From the NCBI RefSeq assembly GCF_009914755.1, contig NC_060925.1: a stretch of DNA of 64,000 nucleotides. One strand, given 5' to 3'. Positions 45,511 to 61,511 of this stretch are shown piece after piece (positions within the stretch are counted from its first letter, which is position 1; each line of letters starts with the position of its first letter). The position numbers were made by a program, and so were the translations under genes. The notes under the pieces are model-generated. The model saw only the letters and a program-made list of their open reading frames with translations. It was not told where the DNA came from and searched no databases. The DNA comes from the human T2T-CHM13v2.0 reference genome, Homo sapiens.

Positions 45511-45529
45511 CTCCCAGCAGGTGGCGCCC
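45511..45529 (+). promoter_or_regulatory. CTCF binding motif
   Basis: CCAGCAGGTGGCGC at 45514-45527 matches the core consensus CCASYAGRKGGCRS exactly. Confidence 0.7.
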
Positions 45530-45859
45530 TGAACCAATGAATGTGAAAAAGAACGGACTCAGACACACCCACATTTCAAGAATTAAAATCATCTCTTTTG
45601 CGATATATATATTCTGACCATACATTCAGTAGATTGTGGAATCCATATACCCTTGCCCTCTGTACAACACACATATACACATGCGTGTGGACACATTCCT
45701 CCACCAGAGAATAGAGTAACACCCTGTATTATGACGGCAAACATTGGCGAGCTGGACATACAAATTAAATAGACACCTATTAATATATGTATGTGAATTG
45801 CATCTGTTTATAAGAGGCAGTCCAGTACCTCCAAATGGGTCCTTAACACCGCCTAGTAA

Positions 45860-48232
<2,373 letters not shown>

Positions 48233-50196
48233 AATGATTATTATTCATTCAACTCTGTCAGTTTTCCCTCTATTTAACCTGTCTCTAGATTACTTTCACC
48301 TTCATCTCTGAGTGGATAATCAGGGACTACCCCTCATTTTTAATATTAATATAGTTCTGTGCTTTTATAATTTATGCATGCCAGGATCCCATATGTGGGG
48401 CATGCCAGGCATCACTTTTACTCTAATATTTGGAGCCAGATTATTATTTTTGTATTTTAAAAATGCAGACATAATGAAATAGAACCCTAAATCTAGAATG
48501 TAGCATAAAGTCTACGACTTCAGAGAAATGCTGTGCTTAGTACAGGCCACTTGAGGCCCGGCTTCCTGAACCTGGAAGTAAGCCATCACTCTCCTCAGCC
48601 ATTAGAGACATGCTTAAGCACAAACCTTAAAAAGCACCGTTAGAAGTTTATACATAATAGAAAATTTTTTTAAGTTTCATGCTCCCTCAAAATAATATAA
48701 CTTGTTCTAAGCAGTCGGATATTTTGGATGGTACCATTTCCTTATTTAAAAGTGGTCTATAGATGTAGCAAAGGAAGACAAGTTATCAGCAATTGTTAGT
48801 GATTGCCAGAAGATGCTCCCTTCAGATTCAGGACTGAGCTGGGTCCACAGCAAGGAATTCACCCAGAAAAAGATTTGTCCTGGAATACAACAGCCAAGCC
48901 CTCGTCTCCTGTCTCTTCCCAGCTCCCCAGGCATTTGTTTTTAGTCTAATTCCATCTCTGTAGACACCAACCTGCCTTCTCAAAATAGACACACTCGCCC
49001 TCATCCCAGGCTTTAAAGCCCGGCATTGCCCCACGCAGAGAAGTCCTAACACGACCCTTTCCACGGGGACTAGAATCTGAGGATTGTTGTAGGACTTCTC
49101 TGCTCGTAGCCCTAGAGAAAAATCTAGGGCTTTTACAGTGATCACTATGGGCAGAACGTACTCTTGGAGGGTAACTACTATTTAAAATACATTATGCATG
49201 TCTTGACTTCCACTAGGACTCCGCTTGAAGAAGAAGATGGTTAGAAACATGGGCCACAGATAAAATCTCTCAAGTCCTCACGCACAGCCTCCAAGAAACT
49301 AGCTTGATCCATACAATCTGAAGGTTTAGAAAGAATAACTACAAACAAGGAGGTTAGCATTTGTGTTTGCACCTCCTATGTATCTACCTCGACAATTTTA
49401 CAGCTTACCCTATTTAATTCTAGGTATTAGTTAGATCATTTACTAGATGAGAAAATCAAGGGACTTAGACTTAGTGCATGTCTACATTCATACAAGTAAA
49501 TAGCGAGACCTCAGATTCAGACTCAGATCTGTGTCATTACCATGAAGTTGCTGCTTCTACTATGCTCATGGTTATCAACTTCCCTTATCATAATACGCCA
49601 TTTCTCACCATTCATTCTCTCAAAAGAATCATCACTGAACAATATTACCACCATGGAAGCAAAGAGATCCAACTAACTTCCAAGGAGCACATAGTTCAAA
49701 GATATTCTATTCCATTATAATTTATAGCAAGTACTAAGGACATAAACACTGCAATCATGTTTTCTGGGATAAGGTCTATTTGCTACAGCTTTACATATAA
49801 GCAAAATGAACATTTTTACCATTAGGTAATAACTATTGTAATGACAATAAATAAAAATAACTAGTTTAAAAATAAGTGATCTCGGCCAGGTAAGCTCTCC
49901 AGAGATGATAAATCACTTTTGTAGGTGGACTGTTACAAAACCCTCCACCTCTGGTGGTACAGCACTACGGCTTGGGAATCACCGTGCCACAGCTTGCTGC
50001 TTCTAAAGGCTTTGGGCCCAGGAGACCTCTAAACCTGCCTACATATCTGACTCTATTCTCTACCTGTCTATTCTATCTCTGTCTGTTCTCTACCAACAGA
50101 TAAAATTTGCCTTTTAACATAGAAACCAGAACCTCCACTCAAACTCATCAGTGGTGCTCACTAACATTTAGAAAAGCCTCACCTCCAAGCCTTATG

Positions 50197-51238
<1,042 letters not shown>

Positions 51239-51289
51239 CCTAGATGGTGTGCCCTGTATCAAACTCTAATCCCAACTCTTCCCATCACT

Positions 51290-51700
51290 CCCTCCCACTC
51301 CACCACACTGACCTGTCAGCTTTCCAATCAGGCTGGTGCCCACATCAGAGTCTCTGCTCTTGCTGTTTCTCTGTTTGAAATGCCCATCCCCTAAATCTCA
51401 TTGCCCTCACTTCACTCAGGTCTTCACTCAAAAGCCACCTCCTCTGAGAGGTCTTCCACAACCATCATTCATCACATCACTCTCCATCCCCAAGCATCCT
51501 TTAAATTCCTCCATAGTACATATCACTACCTAAAATGCTATTAGCTATTATAATATTTATTTACCTGTCTGTCATTTGTCTTCATCATGGGAATATGTAT
51601 TCCATGAAGAAGGTGGAATCTACTATTTTGGTGCCTGGAATAATGGGAAGTGGCACAAAGTGGGTGCTTGATGAATATTTGTTAAATAAGTGAATTAATG
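51290..51700 (+). mobile_element. L2 3' fragment
   Basis: Ends gatgaatatttgttaaataagtgaattaatg. Confidence 0.65.
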
Positions 51701-53470
51701 CCTGAAGATACTGTCTGTGCTCCTGCTCCCTGGAAGCTAGGAGTAATCTCTTTCTCTTTCCTATCTATATAATTTATAGTCAATTGAAGTCAGCATTAAT
51801 TCTTTCAAATATATCCATCAAATGCCTACCATATTTCAGGCACTGAGAATACAATAATAAATAACACATATCCTGCCCGCATACTTTTCAATTAATGATC
51901 AGCTCCAGCATCTCTGAAGTATTTGAGTCCTACAGTGAAGTGACTTCATAAAAAACACACCCATTTCTATTTTACATTCTGAGTATCTTTAAAATACAGT
52001 AATTATGATATTCATAAATTAGGAGATATCCCTTATGTATTCAAAAGAAAATTGTTATCACACACAGAAGAATTTTTACTCATGTGGAAAATCTTTTCCC
52101 CAGTCCTGGTGATATCCTTCAAGTCTCCAAAACACCACCCCTCAGGATGAAGAGAGTTGAAGGCTAGGCAATAGTTAAATAAGCAGAAGCTTCTAGTTCC
52201 CTTGAGTGGGGTAGCCAGGAGGACCCTCTACCTACTTGGCTGAGATAAAGTCTCCTATCTAAGGCACAGAGGGACCACATGCTCTCTGAAGGATCCTGCC
52301 AGCTAGAAAACTCCAATCAGACCTCTTAGGGTAGCACAGGGTGGCATCTGCCCCTGCTGATGACACACAGCCACCCTGGATGTTCCAGGCAGGGGCTGAG
52401 CATTCAGACCCTTTCCTTTCCCTATTTTGTGTCCAGGTACCCTCCCCGTATGCTTAGGAGAAAGACAAAAGCAACTTGAAAACTAACATAGCCTCTATAT
52501 TTGCACAGTGCTGTACAACAAACTTTTCATCCATTTTTTACACTTGTAGGAAAGACAATATACTCTTTTTTTTAATACATAAGCAAATTAAAGTGCAGAT
52601 GTTCGGCAACTTGGCAAAGCTGCTTCTTATACCGAGGTCTTCTGATTCCAAGATAGGGAATAGAAATGACAAGACAAAATCAGGCTTGGGGAATTATCTG
52701 TGGATTTTAATTCTCACAGGTATAGAGCTTCACATAAAGAGCTGGCTCTATCAAATTCTGATCAAACATTTAAACAAATCCCAACACACTGTCTATTTGG
52801 GCACACATACCCGCCCTGTTTCCACCTCATCCCCAGCCCTCACAATTCCATGAAGTCTGATCATTATTTCCAGAAAGACTCTAGAAATGAGCAAACCATC
52901 GAGTGGGCCCTTGCCCCGAATTTTAACAGTGATATAGAAATAATATCCTTACCTTCTCGGAATTCTCATGGTTAAGCACCTCCATTACCATGCTATGATG
53001 GAGGGAGAATCAGGAAGATGTATGCAGTATTCTAGACTATGGTGGAAAAATGTGACATACCCCTTTCCTGAACTCCCTTCCCCTTCCCCTTCCCCCACCA
53101 CTACCACACACTAATGTTTCCTTTCAGGCGAGGGCTTAAAGCAAAAATATCTAGGATAGGCTGAGTTAACAATAAACAAAAGGCTCCAGGAAAGAATGCC
53201 CAGGAACTTCTGGTCCACACCATGTCCTCCAAAGGGCATATCTATGGGACCAGTGGGAGAGAGATAACATCTGAATTGGCCTTCCACCAAGGTAACCCAG
53301 AAATGTAAAGCTATGTTAGCTCTTACTAGAAGAATTTTAAGTCTTTAAAGTACCATACTACTTCAAGAGAATTTCAAAAGTTTCCATTTGCTATAAACAT
53401 GCACACATGGAAGCAGCAAACATCAATCTCCCTCCAGGGTCCTCCTATCTACACTGTCAATTCCCCTTAC

Positions 53471-53651
53471 CTTTTGGCATGGCTGCTTTAAACTCCTCTG
53501 TGGACTTTCCCGCCTCCCCCACCTCAGCTTCCTTAGAGTGCAAGTGCACAGCTGTGTCCTCTGGTCGCCCGTCCAGAGTCCCGCATGGGAGAGATGCTGA
53601 GTCTCCCCAGCAGTCCTGGGACACGTATCTTCTCAGGTTTCCTGGGTTCAC
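53471..53651 (-). other. AIM2: Candidate internal non-coding (5'UTR) exon, probably of a long AIM2 transcript
   Basis: Acceptor CCTCCACCTCAG|GTG and donor AAG|GTAAGG; 181 nt of unique, GC-elevated sequence. Gene assignment is from recalled locus context, not from the sequence. Confidence 0.5.
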
Positions 53652-54622
53652 CTGAGGTGGAGGTCGGTTCCTGGCAGGGGCAGCTCCCTCTAGCTAATAA
53701 GCTAGAGGTAGCAATATGCAAGGGAGAGAGCCAGACCAGCCCAAAATAGAAATCCAAGCTACATCACACAATCTGACCAAGCTCCCAATCTGGCTAAATG
53801 TGGCCCATTAGACAAGACAAGGAGACAGCAAAAATGAACGCGGGAGGAGAGAGGTGGTGAGAACATGGCTTTTTGAAAATCAGGAATTATGGAAATAACA
53901 TTCAGATACAACACTTGAAGTCTGTCCTACAAACAGAAAGGGGTACAAACTTTTCACAGTAAATAGCATTTAAGTATAAAACCTTCGAGTTTCTGGGGAC
54001 AAGCTCATCCAGCTTGCTGCTGGTAATTAGTGTGTTGCTCTGTGGTTTATTCCACTGAGACAAAGAGCAATGATTACATTTCACCTGACAGATCAGAAAG
54101 TGAGTGATGAGCTTGAGCGCAAAAAGCCTCAGGAATGAAAAAGTGTAGCTGACAGACAGTGCAAGAAACTACCCTCTGCATGACCGTGTCAGGCAGAGAC
54201 ATCCTGACATCCACCAAATGATAACCCTGGTCAAGGAAGGTGTTACCTCAGAGGACAGTTGGACATTTTCTCATTGGCATATGGGACAATCTGCCTTTTT
54301 GTGGTCTCAGAGGTCAAAGGAGGGAATCAGAGTGGTTCCAAAACCTGTGACTTTCCGTCTTGGTCACTATGTGCCAATTATCTAACTGTGAAGTAAAGGA
54401 TTCAAATGCTATGTCAGTCGGGCTGAACAGAGAGAAGCAGCAGACATCTGAGCCTCTACTAGACAATGAAAATCTGTAAGAGAGGAATACAGAAAGAATG
54501 AAGAGGGAGGGGACACAAAAAGAGAGAAGGTCCAGGATTCTCAAGGAAAAGGGTTTCCTTTCTCTCCCCTATAGCCTCCAGGGAGGAGTAAATATAATTA
54601 TCAACCTAGCATGACAGTAGTC

Positions 54623-54631
54623 AAAATAAAA
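54623..54631 (-). terminator. Pol III terminator of the tRNA gene
   Basis: TTTTATTTT on the - strand ~20 nt downstream of the tRNA 3' end. Confidence 0.8.
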
Positions 54632-54650
54632 GAGGCACCTGCCAGGTGAC

Positions 54651-54724
54651 CATCTCTGCCGGGACTCGAACCCGGAACCTCTGGATTAGAAGTCCAGCGC
54701 GCTCGTCCATTGCGCCACAGAGAC
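54651..54724 (-). tRNA. TRR-TCT4-1: tRNA-Arg, anticodon TCT, intronless (tRNA-Arg-TCT-4-1)
   Basis: GTCTCTGTGGCGCAATGGACGAGCGCGCTGGACTTCTAATCCAGAGGTTCCGGGTTCGAGTCCCGGCAGAGATG folds into a cloverleaf; A box TGGCGCAATGG, B box GGTTCGAGTCC, anticodon loop CT-TCT-AA. Confidence 0.98.
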
Positions 54725-55399
54725 CTCACCACACACACAGCATCAGCACCAGAACTGAAAAAGCACATACCTTCTGCATCACCGAGCCATCTCAGCATCC
54801 TGCTCTCTGAGCGGTGGGGGGGGACAGGGACAGCTGGAAAATCTGGAGTGGAGATCCACCAGCCGGCTTCATCAAAGCTTTTCTCAATACTCTGGGTCCG
54901 ATGGTCCCCAGAGGATTGGGGGAATGTGACAGCAGTCAATTTCCCAGACTCAGAATCCCTGATGGAACAGGACAGAACTAGAGCCTTTGCTCTCCTTTCC
55001 TCTCCATCCCTTAGGGATGATACGAAAATCTCTCGATTCTCATGCTAATTAAGCAGAGTGCACCCAACCCTGCAGAAAACGCAGAAGCCATCTCTACCTC
55101 CACCCCCACTCCCTCACTGTGGTTTCATCCCAGTCCAGCTATTCTCAGACAGGGGCTGGGCAACGCTTGGGGATTCAGGAAAACCCTCGATCCCAGAGAC
55201 AAAGGAGCTGCTTCCGTAAAGGAACACTGTGAACAACGGCAGCAGAGAATGGCAGCTGAGTTCTAAGAGACTGGTCTGGTTCTCAGCAATAAGAACTGTA
55301 TCTGTCAAGCCCAGGCAAGAGGTACAGGGAGTCTGATGTGATGTTCCTTCAGCATCTTCACTAGAATTAAGCATGGGAGTGAAGAAAAAACAGAGTTCA

Positions 55400-55480
55400 G
55401 TGTGTGTGTTCAGTGTGTAAGTATGTGTGAACGTATATGTGTGAGAGAGTGTGTGTATGAGAGATAGAGGGAGGAAGAGT
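55400..55480. repeat. Degenerate (TG)n/(GA)n tract
   Basis: Read directly. Confidence 0.7.
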
Positions 55481-56619
55481 GGGTGTGTACACATAGGGTT
55501 GGAGGGTGAGAGTGGCAGATCTCTGATGAAGTAGATGTCCTCACACAGCCCTCCTGTATCTCTTTCCCCCACCTTGCTCAGCCCGGAATCCCTGACAGCC
55601 TTTTTCCCCAGGGCTACCTACTTTGAAGAACAAGGATTTCTCAGCTGTCTGTGCTTTTTACAACTATCCTAGTACAATCAAAGTGACCAACCCTCCATAA
55701 CCATATATAAAGACCTCTATACCCAGCTCAGATCCAAGAAAATGATTTCTATTTTTAGAAGCCTCTCATAGAAGACAATTCCATAATCACCGTTGTTTAT
55801 AATTTCCACTGAGCCCATTTTTCTGAATGTCTAATCCAAATCCTTCTTACCTCACTTTCAGCTCATTTTCTCCTATTTGGTTCCCAGACACATGGGAATA
55901 ATTGGATTCTATGCTCCCGATGACAATGCATTGATTTAAAGACTGATTGTGTTCACCACCCCACTCCTCATCAAAAGGTTACAATAAAAGCAGGGAGCCA
56001 ACTCAGATATCCCTCCTTCTCCCTCACTGTGTGTCTCCACAGCCCCCAGCTCTGGACACTGCCAGCCAACTCCAATCATACAAGATAGTTATTTCTAACC
56101 TGTGAGGCCAGGTGATGGCCAAGTAAAGAAACAATATGACTAAATGAAACAATTAGATTAGAAAACCCTTAAGGGCTTTCTGACTCTAAGAATACAATTA
56201 CAACATCTCCCACTTCCCTACCCATTCATATAGCCCTAGGAATGAGACATGGCAGAGAACATAACCAAGGCAATTCAGTCAGATCAGGAATATAAGCAAA
56301 AGGCTCTTTCTAACACAAGGGGGAAAGCAGCTACTCCAACCAGGCTTGCCTTCCATCTACGACCTAGAGATGGGAGCTCAGAAAAATGAGACTGATTGTG
56401 TCTATTATAGACTTGAAACAAGAAGGCACAGAATAGACCTTTCTATCCAGAGACTGTATTACTCTGAGTGGCTAGTAACAAGGTGCTGATGAACGAGTTA
56501 GTCAAGGGGACTATATGGTTGTAAAGGGCAGGTTAACAGCACAGGCTAGCAAGGAACCATTCCAGTGTAAGGGAAAGGAAAAGCTAGACTCTCAAGATAC
56601 TTACTGCCAGGCTCAGTGT

Positions 56620-56621
<2 letters not shown>

Positions 56622-56663
<42 letters not shown>
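56622..56663. repeat. (CA)~20 microsatellite
   Basis: Read directly. Confidence 0.95.
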
Positions 56664-56666
<3 letters not shown>

Positions 56667-58857
56667 TCTTCATAAATATATTGTCCTATATCCAAGAAAT
56701 CTATCAGCCCCCTGAGTGACGTCCAAAGTATCACTGCTTCTTATAAGATCATGTGTTGTCTACAACCTGAATAAAGAGTCCCAGCTCTCCAACTCCCTCC
56801 AGGAGCTTCATTCATTATCTGTAATGTTCCCACTTGCTGCTGGGAATACAATGATGGAGAGATATATCATGGCATGGTTCTACTCTCGAGAATCCCATAG
56901 GCAAATTCCAACGTAGGAATGACCCTGAAACATGTATGGGAGAAAAGAAGGAATCAATCTTTTTACTCACCAAATAAAATAACAATTTGCAAGTCCACAC
57001 AAAGGCTATAACCCTGGGAGCAGAAAGATCCATCTTCATAGGAAGTTGTATAACTTACTTGGTTTGAGACTCTGAGAAAATTGCTTAACTCTGATCTTCC
57101 ATTTCTTTATTATAAACTAGGGGCACTAACATATGCTACTGATAAAGATCAGCTGAGATTTCATGAGGCAGAGTGTTTGTCCCCTTTCTTCCTCTATTCC
57201 ATGAGTTAATTCTCAACTCTATTGACTGGATTGCTTCTTTCCCTTTGAATACCCTTCCTTCATCTTCCTCTCACCACTCCACAGACATCTCTTCATTCCA
57301 GCAAAAATGCCCCCCACCAACAAGTGTCTCCTTATACTTATAATGTATATCAACAAAAGTACTCTGGACTTTGTCTGAGGACTTTTTTCAAATAAGAGAT
57401 GTCTCTCTGACATCTCATTTTGCTTTATCATCCATAAAACAGACAAAGCCTCTTGATAGTGTCGATAATGTCTTTAAACTAGGTTTTAATTTAAAATAAG
57501 AAGAGAAACAATCAAATAAATCTACAGTTTTAAAGGGCAGGAAGGGTGAAGTCAAGTCACTCAAAATGATTGAAGCCAGTACATCTTTTTCTTCTTTTAA
57601 ACTGGCTGTATGTCATTCATGTTTACGTAAACTCTCTGGAAGAAAAGTACATTCACCTTCCAAAAAAAAAATCTGTATTGATTTAATTCTCCAAAGATCT
57701 GTGACTCAAACATTACTCATACCTCTAATTGAATACCACTTTGTGACCCTACAGACAAACTAGTGATGCTCATACACTATTTCATTCACAAGGTGTTGCT
57801 GGGATACATATGATAAATGCCCTTCAAATTTTCCCTTTGGTCCAATTAAATCCTACATCCTACTGTGGTCTTACTTACAGCTTCTCTAAAGGTTCCTATA
57901 CCAACTAGTCCGTATTTTAAATTCTAAGGGCTATCGCATGGAGTAAGACAGTGAATTTGTCATTCAGATAGCACAGCCCTTACATACTATACTTTCATCT
58001 CCCAGGCCCTATGATGCCGTAAACCTTATTAATCCACATCTATTGTGAGCACAACTTCTAGAAGTGTTACCATATACCATCTTCTCATGTTCCTACCTGC
58101 TATCAGCTCCCTCTTACTATCTCACCCCTAAGGAGCTAGCCCAGGTCTTTCCTCCTGTGAGTACCTCCCAGGAAGGCTGGAAAAGGTGCTTTGCAATGTC
58201 AGGCCTATAGAGTGAGACCTACTGTGCAGATGTTCAGGTCATAACTCCTACCCCTTAAGGAAGGGTAAAATGGACATACATACCCACAATGCAAAAGCCC
58301 TTCAGTCCTTTTCCAGACACTTCATCTTCAGGAGGTCTTGCCCCATATTCATTTCTCCATGCCTATTATGCATTTTCTGACCCATCATAATAAAGCATTT
58401 ATGTTCCCAAGTCTATCTTTCCTCCCTCCTAGCCTGTCAGCCTGACTGCAGATTGTTCCTTTCTCCTCAGTCCCCTTTCTCATACTTGAAGAGGGAAGAA
58501 ATGAGATAATCCAGGTAACAATTCAGCATGAGAATCAAGCCAAGGAAAGACAAATACGGAGCAAATTATCCTTTCATCATCCCATCCAACTTTCAGAAAC
58601 CATTCCAAGTCTAGCCCAGTCAAACTGAGCTATTGAGGCCTCTCAAGCCTTTCCAAAAGTAGACCCAGAACCAATCTATCTTAACAATGGGCTGGACCTC
58701 CAGGGCTAGTCAAGGTCACAAGAAAGTCCATACAGAGGTCAACTCCCTAAGGGAGTCTGAGAAATGCTGAGAAATCTGGAGGTAGAATCTCCCTTTCCTT
58801 ATTACCTCCCACCCACCTCTGACAGATTCTCCAGGAAGCCATTTAAAGAGTTCTAGA

Positions 58858-59199
<342 letters not shown>

Positions 59200-60041
59200 T
59201 CAAGAAGGATGAGGAAACTAGTAGTGTTCAACAAATGGGAGGGCAGTAGGTTGTCATGTCCCATCAGATCTTTCTGGGAAGTTTGGGGGAAAACTTTCTG
59301 CTTCACCCAAACCCAAGAAATAAGATGATTCCTGGTGCTAACTTTCTAGCTCACTCTCCCTTATCCTCCTTAGAATCAGGACCCTCTATCCTGCTGTTTC
59401 TAACCCCAAGCCATCACCTGCTTGTGTAGATTCCCAGTCCTGTCTTCTTACATTTTCTTCTTGCCATCCCCATCAATGTCTCCTTCTTCCTTGGGGTATA
59501 TAACCCTTAGTCATTTCCTGCTTTAAAATGTTCTTCTCACCTCTGTCCACGCCTTTGCTCATTTCTGTCCATTTCACTTTCCCCACTTTCTGCAACTGGC
59601 ATTCCCTAATACTTTACTGTGTAATCTCTATAATGCCCAATTTATTGGCCAAGTCATTATCTGTTCTCATCTGCCCTAGGATCCATCTACACCAAACACA
59701 TTGGCCAAACTCATTGTTCCCAGTCTTCCCTAGATTCAGCCCACTGCTCTTCTCTGTCTCTGCCCCCCTTAGCCATCAACCTCAAGGCACTCTGAGCTTC
59801 CCAGGCCTCTAAATTCCGCTGTCGTTAAAATCTACTGCTTGGACTTAGAGTCTTTGTTATTGTCAGCCCTTCATCCTCAGGCCTTCTTTTTCTTTTCACC
59901 AGATTTCATTCTTCAGACCACTCTACTTGCCCACCATCCTTTTAGTCTTTATCTCATCTCCTTAAATCTTCAACTTGTAGTACCCATCCTTCTAAATCTC
60001 CTTCCATCCCATCCATACAGCACCAGATTCCTGAGGCTTAC

Positions 60042-60140
60042 CCGGAAGAACTTGCTGGTCCTTCCTTCTTCCCTACATTCATCTCCAGACGTTCTGGGTT
60101 CTGCCTGACTCTACAACACACCTATATTTGTTTTACTTCT
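60042..60140 (-). other. AIM2: Candidate first exon of a minus-strand Pol II transcript (probably distal AIM2 start); 5' end approximate
   Basis: Donor CGG|GTAAGC at 60042/60041; TATA-like TTTTAAAG ~30 bp upstream. Gene assignment is from recalled locus context. Confidence 0.45.
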
Positions 60141-60164
60141 TTGCCTGGGACTGCGTGTGCCACT

Positions 60165-60245
60165 GGCTTTAAAACTGGGAGGCCCTGAATAGGGCCCTGC
60201 TAATCCCCATGGCACTGAGTTGCCATGGGAATGGACTGGCAACCG
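60165..60245 (-). promoter_or_regulatory. Candidate core promoter: TATA-like box plus RFX X-box cluster
   Basis: TTTTAAAG 60167-60174 (-); GTTGCCATGGGAAT 60219-60232; inverted partner 60203-60216; GGCAAC half-site ~60238-60243. Confidence 0.45.
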
Positions 60246-60859
60246 GGCTTCTTAATCTTTAGCCACTATGGGGCCCCTGATCCTTAAAGGGCCAGATACC
60301 CTAGGCCAGATGCCAAAGAATTAGAAAAGAGATCCTTAAAGGGTCAAGGAATCTATGATTATAGGCCAAGGGATTCAAGAACATTGCTTTTTGCCTAATA
60401 TTATAAGTAAATTAGGCTTTTGCTATTTGTCCCCTACTTCAGCCCCACTTCCCATTCAGCCTGGAAAAAGCCTTGAGGGTTACATAGTGAGGCAGACTCC
60501 TCGGCAATGGCAAGAGAAGAAAGGTGTTCATCTTTCACAGTCCATCACTTTAATTAAACCAAAGAGCGTGACCATGAAAGTTTCAATCCTAGAGACTAAA
60601 CTTGTCCTTACACAAGAACCTTACGTCTGACAAATTACAGAAGGGTCTGTACATGGTCCTTATACAGCAGAAGTGGCTCTTTTCAAGTCTGTCCCTGAAG
60701 AACATCAAGTCCCCACACGGAAGACAGGGTCCAGGGGAAGCATTTTACCTTGAGTTGGCCAGCTCATCTCCTTCATGTTCTCCTCCTTTAGAAGGTAGTA
60801 GCTGAATTTCCAAGGGCTTCTCATGCTACCTATGATTCTAAGAAACAGTATCAATGATA

Positions 60860-61030
60860 GTAATAATGATAATAAAGATATTTTGAATTGTCTCATTTTA
60901 TCATCAGAACTTTCCTAGATTGTTGGAAGAGTGATCATCATTATTTTTCTTTTACAAAAGAAGAACCTTAATCAAAGACATTAGGTGGCTTGCCCTAAGT
61001 ACCTCAGCTTGTAAGAGGTGGGACTAGGGT
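60860..61030 (-). mobile_element. MIR SINE
   Basis: attatttttcttttacaaaagaagaacct...ggtggcttgccctaag. Confidence 0.55.
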
Positions 61031-61511
61031 GAGCTACCATACAGTGTCCTGACTTCTGTGACCTCTACAGGGAGGCCTCAACAGAAGGTGTCTGCTAAGA
61101 GGCACCAGCTGCCTTCATTACAATTTGTTCCAGGAAACAAAATTCTGAGACCTTTCCCCCAACTTTCTTCCCAGTCTTTGCAACCATCGAAGAGTGCCCT
61201 AAGCATAGGACAGGATGGCCAGCCAGCCCTGAGAAGGGCCACAGAGTGAGGTCAAAGGTTGTCCTGCTTAAAAGAGAACAAACAGCACAGGCAGGTGAGT
61301 AAGAGAGCTCTCTATGGGTTCTTCTTTAGTGCTCATTCTCCTCCCAGCTACCTTAAGACATAAGAAACTGATTTCCAGATTAAATAAAACAACTTGCTCA
61401 AGATCAGTCAGCTTGGCATTCACAAATCTGGTCCTCCATTCCAGGTTTTCCAACTCCTAATTTGGTGCTTTTTAAAATTTCACTACAGTGTTACTGAGTC
61501 ACTCTTCTTAA

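Noticed and set aside
54601-55048. 112-aa ORFs overlapping the tRNA
   Set aside because: Non-ATG starts, no recognisable domains; explained by local GC content
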